Below are positions 52,066 through 64,000 of a DNA stretch of 64,000 bases, piece after piece (the stretch's first letter is position 1; every line of letters begins with the position of its first letter). A program made the position numbers and the translations under genes. Under the pieces are notes generated by a model. It was not told the DNA's origin and searched no databases. It worked only from the letters and a program-made list of their open reading frames with translations. The stretch covers positions 91,636,001-91,700,000 of the forward strand of contig NC_042998.1 of the NCBI RefSeq assembly GCF_006345805.1, read 5' to 3'. Source of the stretch: Octopus sinensis (lineage: Eukaryota).

Positions 52066-52288
52066 CTTATTTCTTTACTGCCCACAAGGGGCTAAACACA
52101 GAAGGAACAAACAAGAACAGACAAAGGAATTAAGTCGATTACATTGACCCCAGTACTTATTTAATTGACCCCGAAAAGATGAAAGGCTAAGTTTACCTCG
52201 GCGGAATTTGAACACAGAATGTAGCGACAGACGAAATACCGCTAAGCATTTCATTCGGTGTGCTAACGTTTCTGCCAGCTCACCACCT
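52066..52288 (-). mobile_element. SINE-like family B, reverse orientation, with target-site duplication
   Basis: Reverse complement of 2898-3130; direct repeat ACCTTGCAATATTTCTT at 52052-52068 and 52285-52301. Confidence 0.8.
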
Positions 52289-52530
52289 TGCAATATTTCT
52301 TCCAGCTCTTTATGTTCTGGATTTAATTTCTGCCTAGATCAACGTTACTTTTCATCCTTTCAGATTTGATAAAATAAAGTATAAGTACTGCAATCATTGG
52401 TTTTGACTAAATCCCTCCACTCAAAATTTGATGGCCTTATGCCTAAATCAGAAACAATTATTATTATCATTTGAATTATTTTACTGCATGATATTTCTTA
52501 TTTATTATACAAAATTTCTTAATTTTACAG

Positions 52531-52818
52531 CTCATCCACAGCTTGAATATGACAACCGTCTGCAAAGTACTCAGACCTTCAAGGCTGGATCTTCAATAGT
52601 TATCTTAGTTAATGTTTCCGGTATTCCAACTCCCACTATCAAATGGTTGTTGAATGAAAAAGAGATTGAAACATCTTACTCTCTTAATATCGAAACAACA
52701 GAAAAATCCTCTCGAGTAACTATTAAAAATGCAGACACTAAAGATGGTGGAGTATACACCATTGTTGCTGAAAACTCAGTTGGAAAAGCTGCTGCAGATT
52801 TTGAAATTCTTGTTAAAG
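52531..52818 (+). CDS. Exon 44: Ig (288 nt)
   Basis: ttacag|CT...AAAG|gtaac; HPQLEYDNRLQSTQTFKAGSSIVILVNVSGIPTPTIKW. Confidence 0.9.
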
Positions 52819-53115
52819 GTAACAAAAATTATTACTTGAATTGCTCTTGCATAAATATTTCACTTTTGTCAATAACTCTCTTATACTCTTATTATTTACA
52901 AGTTCATTCAGTACAACAGTAATAACATACAGCAACAAGAATCACAATTTCTTCAACCTCATATTCTTTACACAACCAATTCTGGGAAAAGATTAAAATT
53001 TTCTAATTTTTTATGTTTGTCAATTACCTGATAAAAGACATTGTGTGGGAAATGCACTTCTATATTTATAATTCTTTTTTTGTATAATATTCTATAATTT
53101 CTTTTCACACATTAG

Positions 53116-53418
53116 GTAAACCATCAAAACCACAAAACCTCAAGGTTAGTGATGTGCAGAAAAATTCTGTTACATTTTCATGGGAACCACCAAGTTCTGA
53201 TGGTGGAAGTGAAATCACTAAATATATCATTGAGAAACGCGATGCTAAGCGTTCTACATGGACACCTGTGAGCACTGTAGATGGAACTACATTGTCACTC
53301 GAAATTAACAAACTCACTGAAGAAGTAGAATACTTCTTTAGAGTTGCTGCTGAAAATAAAATTGGACAAAGCGATTTTGCTGAAACTGAAGAACCAACGG
53401 TACCCAAACTGCCATTCT
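53116..53418 (+). CDS. Exon 45: FN3 #4 (303 nt)
   Basis: cattag|GT...TTCT|gtaag; KPSKPQNLKV...WEPPSSDGGSEITKY. Confidence 0.9.
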
Positions 53419-53740
53419 GTAAGTAATCATTTTACAATTTATCAATATGTTGTTAAATACTTTTAATAATCAGCAATAATTTATTGGTGTTTCTTTCTGG
53501 TTTCTTCCTGCTTATTGGGGTAACCATACAACTTAAATACTTCCTTAAATTGTTCGTCGTGCTACACCTTGTGTCTGTGCAGTGATTAACTTGATAATAT
53601 GCTAGTTCTGAATTTTTAAATGTTGGGAATTTTAAATCTTCATGTTCTGCTGCAATTTATAGCATTCTAGTATTTATAGAATAGAATTAGAGATTTATAA
53701 ATATAAAAAAATAATTGAGCAGTATATAAGAAGCTGTAGT

Positions 53741-53970
53741 GGAGGTGCGTGGCTTAGTGGTTAGGGTGTCAGCATCATGATCGTAAGATTGTGGTTTCGA
53801 TTCCTGGACTGGGCGATGTGTTGTATTCTTGAGCAAAACACTTCATTTCACATTGCTCCAGTCCACTCAGCTGGCAAAAATGACGAACGCTGTGATGGAC
53901 TGGCATCCCATCCAGCTGGGGAACACATATGCCATAGAAACCAGGAAACCTGGCTAGACTTTAAAAGGGT
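53741..53970 (+). mobile_element. tRNA-derived SINE-like family D
   Basis: A box TGGCTTAGTGG, B box GGTTTCGATTCC; ttgctccagtccactcagctggcaaaaatga shared with the 18863 copy. Confidence 0.75.
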
Positions 53971-54134
53971 GCATTTATTTTATATATGCGAAACTGAAAA
54001 TACTTATTGCCAGTTGTATACCTTTTTATCTTTTAACCTGTAAGATATATTTTAAGTTTGAGAATATTCCATATTATTATCATTATTATTATTATTATTA
54101 ATATTATTATCATTCATTTTAAAATATTTTACAG

Positions 54135-54437
54135 CTGTTCCTGATGCTCCTATCAATGTCCACATGACTGATGTGACAAACTGCTCAGTCAGCTTGGCCT
54201 GGGAACCTCCAAAAAGTGATGGTGGTTCACCTATTATAGGTTACATAATTGAACGTAAACAAACATCAAGCAACAGATGGATTAAAGCTAATAAAACTGC
54301 TGTGCCAGAACTAAACTACACAGTTACAGATTTGGTAGAAAATGATACTTATGAATTCAGAGTATCAGCTGAAAACCTTGCAGGTGTTGGAAAACCATCT
54401 AAACCAACTCCACCTATTACTGTTAAATTTCCATTTG
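54135..54437 (+). CDS. Exon 46: FN3 #5 (303 nt)
   Basis: ttacag|CT...TTTG|gtaag; VPDAPINVHM...WEPPKSDGGSPIIGY. Confidence 0.9.
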
Positions 54438-54806
54438 GTAAGTTTTCTTTGTGGAGTTCAACATGCAATGATCACTCCATATCATTTTAGCCAATATTAA
54501 AAAAGATGAACTGATGTTTAAAATAATTCAGATAATTCTATAAGTTATTAAATAATCAAATAATGTTTTCTTGAGAAAATAATTTAGTACTGATTTATGA
54601 AACTTTATTTAGTTTAAGTATGATACTAATAAGTGCATAAATACATGATTATTTAAATAACTATATGCATAATAAATGCTCGTTAAAATTTGCTTGCTAA
54701 TTGCAAATGAATCATTAGATGGTTTGTATTCAATTTAATATGACATGCATTATATTACATGTATTATATTCAGATACTAAATTGTCTTCTGTAATCTTAT
54801 TTCCAG

Positions 54807-55112
54807 GTAAACCATCAGCTCCTGGCAAACCTGAGATCATTGATGTAACTCGTGACTCAATGACATTAAAATGGCTGCCTCCTGACAGCAATGGCGGAAG
54901 TCCTATAACTAACTACATTGTTGAAATGAGGGTAGCAGGGTCTGCTAAATGGATGTGTGCTTCACAAAATGTACATATACCAGATACAAGCTTTGTTGTT
55001 AAAGGCCTAACAGAAGGGTTGGAATATGAATATCGTATAATCGCTGAAAATAAGGCCGGCCCAAGTCCACCATCACAACCTTCCAAGAGTGTTGTTGCAA
55101 GAGATCCTATCA
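54807..55112 (+). CDS. Exon 47: FN3 #6 (306 nt)
   Basis: ttccag|GT...ATCA|gtaag; KPSAPGKPEII...WLPPDSNGGSPITNY. Confidence 0.9.
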
Positions 55113-55481
55113 GTAAGAACATATTTATACTTAAATATTCCTATAAACTTGATAACTTACTTTTTATTAAGGTTATTATTTTAATGAATCACTTCATGCT
55201 GTAGATTCTGATTAATTTTACTGCAACATTTAATTTTCATAATTATTTGTAAACTGAATCATTACTTTTTTTTTATTTTTTCAATTAAATTCATCCCTTC
55301 TGAGTGCTAATTATTAATTAGTGCGATTTTTTAAATCTTTATCTAATTTTATTCTTCATATAAAAATGAATAAGATACTATTAATACTAAAAATGTTTTT
55401 GAAAAGTTAACAGATGATATTTATTTACCAATAAGCCTGTTCAATAGAAAATTTAACAAGCATATGTCTTTCCTTGTTTAG

Positions 55482-55593
55482 TTGGAGATCCTCCATTGGT
55501 TGTGGAACCATTAAAAGACACTGCAGTATTTGTTGGAGAAACAACTGTACTGGAATGTAAAATTACTGGTGAACCCACACCAAACATCATTTG
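55482..55593 (+). CDS. Exon 48: Ig 5' part (112 nt)
   Basis: gtttag|TT...ATTTG|gtatg; GDPPLVVEPLKDTAVFVGETTVLECKITGEPTPNIIW. Confidence 0.88.
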
Positions 55594-55922
55594 GTATGTA
55601 TTTATTCCATATTAAGTATGCTGTATCTACAATTTTCAAGATGCATAAATTACCACTATTAATTGTATTTATAAAATACTTTATTGAATAAAATAATCGT
55701 CACAAAAAGGCTGGAAAAAGCACAGTATAATTCTGTCTTACATATAATCTTATAATTAATACCTAATCATAGTAGGTGCTGGCATGGTTGTGTGTTTGAA
55801 AATTTTGCTTTCAGATTCTGCCTTTCTGCTAAGCAATTTGAGCATGTGTCTTCTACTATAGCCTCATGCTGACAAATGACTTCTAAATGAATTTGGTTGG
55901 CAAAGTCTGTTTGATATATATA

Positions 55923-55988
<66 letters not shown>

Positions 55989-56374
55989 ATAATAAATATG
56001 TATAATAAAACTGCTGGTAATGACAGTCTCACTTGTCAGTGCTTGAGAAAAACAATGATTAGATATTTTCCTTCTTGACATTATAACTAGTTGCTCTGTG
56101 CTTCCAATGGTCTGTGGGATTTTAAAAAAATCACTATGAAAAATAGGTTAGAGTTGATGACAGGAAGAACATCCAGCCATAAAATCCTACTGTAAATGAA
56201 CCCTATCCAATCTATGCTTGAATGAATCGACACACGAGCAAATAAACAACAGTTTTTATGTTATATAATTAGAACGTTTGTTAAATTCATATAAAAAAGT
56301 AATTTTTTTGATATGATTACTATTAGATGATTTTTAGGATAAAACTTAATTCACATATTTTTTTAATATTTCAG

Positions 56375-56547
56375 GATCAAAGAGAAGAGGGAGATATCTG
56401 AATCTAAGAAATTTGATTTCTTCTACAAAGATTCATTTGCTAATCTCACAGTCAGGGACATGTCAGACAAAGATGCTGGTACCTATACATGCCAAGCAAA
56501 GAATGCTCTTGGAGAGGCTTCAACATCTTGCAAACTTACTATTCAAC
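56375..56547 (+). CDS. Exon 49: Ig 3' part (173 nt)
   Basis: tttcag|G...CAAC|gtgag; IKEKREISESKKF...DAGTYTCQAKNALGEASTSCKLTIQ. Confidence 0.88.
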
Positions 56548-56989
56548 GTGAGTTTCATATTGAAAACAAATTTTTTAAAATGATGACAATGAATCTATAA
56601 ATGTTCTTACTACATGAATGTTACTGAATGTAAAATAAAAAATAATAAGATGAAGAAGAAAATGAGTTATAAAAATATAATGAAATTATAATAAAATACA
56701 ATTATAAAATATAAATAATAATATAATAATGAAAAGTTGGCAATTTTTGTAATAGTAGCAAAATTTTTCATTTTTTTCCTTGGGAAATATATGTTAATTA
56801 GAGATTAAGTTATTTTTCATTTTTGCTTGATTGTGTTATAATAATCATATATCTTTCTTGTATTAGCTCTATACATCATTAAATCTTTTATTAGTAATTT
56901 TGTTGATTTTCAATTTGCTTCTTTAACAATTTCTGATGCAATATTGTTTTCAGTTCCTCCTGAGAAAATAATATTCTTTCTATTTGTAG

Positions 56990-57277
56990 AAACTCCTAAG
57001 CTAGAATATGATAACAAATTCAGAGACTTGATTCGTCTTCATGTTGGTACAAACTTACGAATCCCTGTTAAAGTGACAGGCATTCCAAAACCAGTACCAA
57101 CTTGGGCTAAAGAAAACAAACCTATGAAATCACAAGGTAGATGTACATTAGAAACCCTTGAGAATGTTACAACACTTTTAATTAAGAAAGTTACTCGGGA
57201 AGATGATGGAATGTACACATTGAAAGCTATCAATGATGTAGGTGAAGATTCAGCAACATTTGATGTTGAAGTTATTG
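56990..57277 (+). CDS. Exon 50: Ig (288 nt)
   Basis: ttgtag|AA...ATTG|gtaag; TPKLEYDNKFRDLIRLHVGTNLRIPVKVTGIPKP. Confidence 0.9.
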
Positions 57278-57517
57278 GTAAGCATATTAACTTTCTATAA
57301 GTTGTTTCTTCCCTCATTCTGTATTCAGATGTGCTCCATTGGAGTTTATTAACCTTTTGTCATCTACACTCAGGCCCTCTCAAATCATTCATTTCCTATT
57401 ATCACCTATACTGAGATACAATGTTGCTTATATAATTTCATTTTATGACAGAAATCTTTGGAAAAACAATCCAATTAGTATATATTTATTAAAATAATTT
57501 TATTTTCAATTATTTAG

Positions 57518-57823
57518 ATATCCCTAGTCCACCAACTTCTCCTATCACAGTAACTGATGTTGACCATGACAGAGCAACTCTTCACTGGAATCCACCAAAG
57601 GATGATGGTGGAGCTGATATTACTAGCTATATCATTGAACGACGAGATGCTGGAAGAAATATGTGGACTAAAGTTGGTAGTGTTGATGGTGGGAAAACCA
57701 GCTTTACAGACACTAAATTGCACGAAGGCAATGAATATTACTTCCGTGTTTCAGCTGGAAATGAAGTTGGTATATCAGAACCCAATGAAATGGACAAGAC
57801 AGTTACTGCAAAAAGTCCTTTCG
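57518..57823 (+). CDS. Exon 51: FN3 #7 (306 nt)
   Basis: atttag|AT...TTCG|gtaat; IPSPPTSPITVTDVDHDRATLHWNPPKDDGGADITSY (the ORF track shows only the wrong frame here). Confidence 0.9.
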
Positions 57824-59706
57824 GTAATTAAGATTTATAAAATACATGTTTATGCATGAGTGATGTGATTATTCAAGTATGACAATTGAATTTACTGTTG
57901 CCTTGTTATAATAATCTAGCTGTATAAAATTATCCCTTCCTACATATTTATTTTCAGTGTCTGCATGGTGTTGACTCTCATACCCTTCATATAAAAACTT
58001 GCTGTTAATTAGTTAAAACAATATTTCAGCATTAGTATATATAATTTCAAAACCACTACCGTTCCTTTTGTTTTAAAAGTATTTATAAGAACAGTTTAGC
58101 ATTTATAGTTTATTCATTAGCAATTGCTAATGTAATTAATATTTCCTTGTCTCCTTCACCTTTTTTCTATCTCAATTTTCATTATATGATATTAAATTGA
58201 CAAGTTTAAATTTGAAGGGTTTGATGATTTTAATGGAAAAATACAGTAAAGAATTGTTTTATTGTAATGTTTAGATGAATGTTTGCAGTTATATTTTCTG
58301 TTATTGAATATTATATGTATTTTCTTGTATTTTTGTTTATTAGACATTTTTTTGTGCTATAGACAAATATAAGCTGCTAACAAGTTTGATAATTATATAA
58401 CATTATTTTGTTACTGCTTTACTTTTCTGAATTTAATCCCACTACCATTATTTAAAAGATTATAAAGCAGTAAAATCGTTAAAAAGTATAGAATACTGAA
58501 CTAAATTTAAATGCTTAGTTCAAATCTAGTCAATGTTAACTTTAAATGTTATCCTTTCACCATTAATAAAATAAATACCAGTAAAATATTGGATTTAATG
58601 ATATCGACTATATTTATCCCTTCAAGAATATTAGTTTTGTGCCTTGGTATGAAATCATTATTTAAAGGATTATTTAAAAAGTTATATAATTATCTGTTCC
58701 AATTAAGTGGTTTACTATTGATATTTAATATATGATATATTTTAACGTTGTCTTTTTATAAAGAACTTATGGTACTTCCAGGAGATATATATTTTTGGCA
58801 TTCAATTTTATACTTAGAATTTCACACATAGACATACATGAACACACACACACACACACACACACATAGACATACATGAATACACACACACACATATATA
58901 CATACATTATAAAATTGGTAAGATTGCATTGCTGACTTATGAAGGTACTGCTTATTATGTTGACAGTGTAAAATATATTTGTGCAGGATAGTATTCTGAT
59001 AATTGATTGAATTAACATTAAGCTACCTTTTAACATTGTATATTTTATATTTTTAAGAAAGGAAAAAGTATTTATTTAATAATGTTGAACGTTTTAGTTG
59101 AATTTTTCACACTAACCATTCATGACACTCATGCATGATATATAAAATTGGTAAGTAGCACTTTTTGCATGGATTTCACATCAAATATCATTGTACTTCA
59201 TTTTCCATTTGCTAGTTAGAAGTAATATTTGTAGCATGTTCACTTGCTTTACATTCAAAGAGTTTGGAAACGACTGAATCCTTACAAGTAAGTGCGTGAT
59301 CTTGTTCAAAATATACATTTATTATAATTGTGTTCCTAATTTATACCTTACTCTAATTCTCATAACTTACATATAACTATAATTTTCTTTTTCAGAATAA
59401 TGGATATTTGTAAATTTCTGTAATTGAAAATAATGATTACCTTTTTGAGTAACTCATTAAGAGGCTTTTAATGAAGTATTATTTTATATATTCTTCAATA
59501 TTTAATACTTTACATAAATTAATATCATTTTAGAAAATTAATTTTTCATAACATTTATATTTTTATAGAGCTTATTTATTTAAATAATTTATATTTTTGA
59601 TATTACTTTTTATATTCTTTGTATTTTTATATCATTTTAAACATTATTCATATTTTCTGTACTTTATATAGTGCATAATGAAATTTTAATCTTTCTTTTC
59701 TCCTAG

Positions 59707-60012
59707 GCAAACCTTCACCTCCTTTGGGACCACTGATTATTACCAATGTTACACAGAATTCTGCTGATTTAGAATGGAAACCACCTAAGGATGATGGCGG
59801 ATGCCCCATCACCAAATACTTGATTGAGTATAAGCCAGTTACTAGGACTACTTGGAGTAAAGCTGGAAGTGTAAATGGTAACACTACAACATTTACAGCC
59901 TTAGATCTCATTGAAGGAACTGAATACTTATTCCGGGTTATAGCTGTGAATGATCAAGGGCAAAGTCCACCTTTGGAAGCTGAAGCAACAATCAAACCTA
60001 TGAAAAAGATGA
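59707..60012 (+). CDS. Exon 52: FN3 #8 (306 nt)
   Basis: tcctag|GC...ATGA|gtgag; KPSPPLGPLII...WKPPKDDGGCPITKY. Confidence 0.9.
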
Positions 60013-60317
60013 GTGAGTATAATTTTTGTTGTTAGTATAGATGTGCAAGAGCACAAAAGATAGAAAGTTATTTATAGATATTATGATTCATCAATTTAAT
60101 GCTAATATTTTGAATATTTTAAGGACTTTGTTAAGTCTGACATATTTCTTTAGTTACTCATGTTCATTAAGAAGTAATATTTTTGATTGAGATGTATTTC
60201 GTTACCTCACTTTTGATAAATGTATTTATATTTTGACTAATTACACATGAATTAGTTAATATATCTTTATATGATCATCAATCTTTCATTGTTTCTATGC
60301 ATCAATATGCATTTCAG

Positions 60318-60617
60318 ATCCACCTGACCCACCAGTCAACCTTAAAGAAACAGAAGTTGGTATTGATTATGTTGTACTAACATGGGAACCACCATTGAAA
60401 GATGGTGGCAGTCCTTTGACTAACTATGTTCTGGAATTATGTGAAGAAAAATCTGATGTTTTTGAGAAGATTGGTACAACAAAAGCATTCAATCTCACTT
60501 ACCGAGTAAACAACCTTAAGGATATTGGTTATTATTTTGCTGTTTCTGCACAAAATGCAGTTGGGGTCAGTGAACCTTGTGAAACAAGAGATGCAATTGT
60601 TCCCTCTAGGCCACCAT
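60318..60617 (+). CDS. Exon 53: FN3 #9 (300 nt)
   Basis: tttcag|AT...CCAT|gtaag; [10 protein letters not shown]...[15 protein letters not shown]. Confidence 0.9.
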
Positions 60618-61820
60618 GTAAGTATTTTAACATATGTCTTGAGAGTTAATGACTTAATAGATTCTTGTACGGACTTTATAGATTCTTTAGGATAAGAATA
60701 ACCAGAAAGCTATTGTTTAATGAATAGTATTGATGAAATTAATTTGAGACTGTAAACTTGGATGTTTTATGAGAATATAAGGAAAACAAAATAATTATAT
60801 AAGGTAGCAACTATCTGAATCAAAGAAAGATATAATATTAGAACAAGATTTAGTTAGAGAAAGAAGTAGTTTGCAAACAGAGCAGAAAGTTATTCACAGG
60901 ATGTAGGTTTAATGCACCTACAGTTCTGCTTCTTCCTGATTTTGTAAAACACTTTCTTATTATTGGATACAAGAATAATTTAATAATGGCTTACAAAATC
61001 TAGGTAATATGCATATATAACTACAATAAATAGGTCCTCACTGAAATGTAGTTATTACTGTGACGAGATTAGATTTAAATTCTGTGGTAGATATATAATA
61101 TTTACATTCATTAGATGTGACATAATTGAATGGTTAAAAAGTTTGCTTTGTAATAACAAGGTCCTGAGTTCAATTCAACAGTATGGCATCTCAGGACACA
61201 TGTCTTGGGACACTGTAGCCTCAGGTTAAACCAAGCCTTGTCCTTGTAAATGAAATTAAGAAGACAGAAACTGTGTGGAAGCCCATCGAATGGATTGTGC
61301 CTTTAATTTAGCGGTCAAGTCTTGTCGCACTGATTCCACTTGGGAATTACACTAAAGGCACAAAATATTCAGCCATTTCACATGTTAATTGAAAGAAAAG
61401 GTCATTCAGTTGATCTGACTTGTAGAAGGAAGTTATTCTCAGATAAGTTTTCTGGCCCCCAAAATTGCAATTGAGTTTACTCTGTTAACAGTACTCAAGA
61501 GCCAGCTGGTGGTGTTAAACTGAGTAACAGTTTACAACACTACACCTCTGAACGATGGCAATTTATAAATTAATTGTGAAGTATCAGTTTGTATGCTTTA
61601 ATACTAAAGTAAATAACCTTATATGGCTGGGGTGATAAATTTGCTAAATAGTTTGTTTTAAACAAATATCTATTTACATATGAATATATTTAAAAAAACC
61701 TATTATGATCTGAATCTAAAGATTTAAAAAAGATTACTACAAAGGTTTAAGTAATGATGTGAATAATAAACTTGAGTTATAGGTATGTCATGTGATTAAT
61801 TACATTATATTTATTTACAG

Positions 61821-62120
61821 CTGCTCCATCCAGTCCACTTGGTCCACTTAATGTGACTAATATTCAAAAGACATCTGTAGATCTTGATTGGAAGCCTCCA
61901 AAAGACACTGGTGGTTCACCAATTACCAGTTACATTGTTGAAAAGAAAGACAAATATGGCCGATGGACTATTGTTGATGAAGTTGAGGGAAATATTACCA
62001 AGCTTCATGTGCCAAGACTGACTGAAAACACAGAATATTTCTTCAGAGTTATTGCTGTTAACAAAATTGGAAAAAGTCCTCCTTTGGAAAGTGAGGCAGT
62101 AACCCCCAAGAGTCCATACT
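61821..62120 (+). CDS. Exon 54: FN3 #10 (300 nt)
   Basis: ttacag|CT...TACT|gtaag; APSSPLGPLNV...WKPPKDTGGSPITSY. Confidence 0.9.
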
Positions 62121-62199
62121 GTAAGTTTCAAAATGTTTTGAATTTATAAGTCTATTTTGTAACATAATTAATCAAAGACATCAATATTCATCATTTGTA

Positions 62200-62720
62200 A
62201 CGTTGTTTTAACATCAATTTTCCATGTTAACATCACTTTGAATGGTTGTTCCATATAGTAAACTACAATTTTACTTGGTCCTGAATTATCTGGTCTATGT
62301 AATAGAGGCCCAAGACCCTCAGGTCTAACTTCCCACATCTTTCCCTATCTTTTATAAATTTTGCCTGATTCTAGTGTATTCTACTGTCGGTTCACAGCAG
62401 TTTTTTGTCTCTTAGCAAATACTATCCATTAGATGTTTATACGTTATAGTTACTCCTTTCCACAATAGCTAATGTCTTTAATACTAACAGTAAATAGATG
62501 TTGCATAGCCCAGCAATCATGATCAATGTATTCCTCTCCAGTCTTATCAAAGATTCTTTATTTAATGCACATGTCTCTCTATATTGATGTATCCCATATT
62601 TTTAACACACTTTTGTACATTCTGTTCTCTTACTGAAAAAAAAAGCATTTTGTCACCAACAAAAGCTTTTCTAACACTTTACCAATTTTTAATTTCACTC
62701 GATCAATTTCTGCAATGAGT
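62200..62720 (-). mobile_element. Decayed RTE-like LINE fragment
   Basis: Minus-strand peptides LLVTK and RLERNTLIMIAGLCNI resemble the RTE RT C-terminal region, recognised from memory of the family. Confidence 0.4.
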
Positions 62721-63437
62721 ATATTAACTAGTAAACAAAACCATATACAGTTCCTAGTTAGGCATAGAAACAGATTATGGATTTCATTTCATGTGTGCTC
62801 TTGCTTTGATATACTCCTATATAACTGGAGCAGCCAATATTCTAGTTTGTTGTTAGTTTTTAACAGATTCTGCAATGAGAGCTAGGTCCTCAACACATAG
62901 AGTACTGAATAATAGTAAACTCTCCAATAAATGCTTGAAATGAGGGTCACTATTGACATTCATTCATTCTATCAATATATAGCTTGAGTTGCACTCAGAA
63001 GCTGCACTAAACTACTTTTAATGTTCTTTTTCCTATCAATCTATGAAACAAAAATCTTGACAAATAAAACTAAAATCTTGAAAAATAATACCTAACCTTA
63101 GTCAATAAAGCCTAGTGATGTAATCTATGGAAGTTGGGATATAGGACAAGTTATTTTGTGAGTGATGATGGTGTTGGTAGGGATGATGGTAGTAGGACTA
63201 TAATGCACATGACATCACCTCAGACGTTAATGATTTCAACTTGATGGAAATTTATAGAGAATCCAAATTTATCATTAATAATTCTCCTCGGTTTAAATAT
63301 GCCTTTTGCCACATTGAAATGTAAGCTGTTTAGCTCCATATTATTATTAAAAGATGACCTGATAAACTTTTTATAATGTAAAAAGCTATAATATCTTCAG
63401 ATTCTTGACAGACATTCTTTTTGTATTATTTTTTCAG

Positions 63438-63743
63438 CTGTTCCATCAGCTCCTATTGGACCTTTGGAAATAAGCAATGTCACTGTAAACTCTGCTGATC
63501 TTGAATGGAAGAAACCTAAAAGTGATGGTGGTCTTCCTATCACAGGTTACATAATTGAAAACAGGACAGCAACCAGATCAACATGGGGAAAATGTGGCAA
63601 TGTTGATGGTAAAACATTAACTTTCACTGCAACTGGTTTGCTGGAAGATACAGAATATATTTTCCGTGTTAGTGCTGTAAATGATGAAGGTGTCGGAGCT
63701 CCTCTTGAAGCTACTGATACAACAAAACCAACTAGAAAAATTG
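63438..63743 (+). CDS. Exon 55: FN3 #11 (306 nt); gene continues past the window
   Basis: tttcag|CT...ATTG|gtaag; VPSAPIGPLEI...WKKPKSDGGLPITGY. Confidence 0.9.
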
Positions 63744-64000
63744 GTAAGACATATTTAATGTTCTACTTCATTCCTATTTAAAACATTGACTAACAGCACC
63801 ATTTCCTTGCAATAATTCTAATTCCTATTAGTTTTTGCATATAATGCCAGTCAATCAGGCATGGTGATTTAAAAGTATCATTTAATCTGAACATTCCAGA
63901 CACTGATTATAGAAACACATTACTAGAACTGGAACTTTGCTAGACAATACTGGTTATGATTAGGATTTTGTCAGTTTTTCTATTTTTAAAGATATTTCAT

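Noticed and set aside
53105-57317. Minus-strand ORFs overlapping exons (53105-53407, 54913-55122, 57039-57317; also 24950-25279 and 40678-40998)
   Set aside because: They are antisense shadows of real coding exons, with no independent motifs or splice support.
57557-57859. ORF-track protein MLTMTEQLFTG...
   Set aside because: Wrong frame. The spliced frame of 57518-57823 gives a canonical FN3 domain.

Overview
Very AT-rich eukaryotic DNA. The repeat families resemble those I associate with octopod cephalopod genomes; this is an inference and no search was run. The whole window is an internal part of one giant + strand gene of the titin/twitchin (Ig I-set + FN3) family, with neither start nor stop codon in the window. 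I traced 55 GT-AG exons by hand from 97 to 63743, and they join in one uninterrupted reading frame. They encode about 16 proximal tandem Ig domains, ending in a KGKW-type Ig like MyBP-C C1 and titin I80. Next come a charged non-Ig linker, 11 distal Ig domains, and Ig/FN3 blocks arranged as Ig-Ig-Fn-Fn-Fn rather than the Fn-Fn-Ig of twitchin/projectin. A further 1035-nt frame-preserving candidate cassette exon (40568-41602) encodes a disordered insert. The introns hold four SINE-like families, decayed LINE RT fragments, long (TA)n tracts and fold-back elements. The most striking non-coding feature is an inverted repeat at 32347-32710. Each arm carries a complete type I hammerhead ribozyme fold, and one of them lies on the pre-mRNA strand. 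Repeat coordinates are approximate; exon coordinates were counted by hand.
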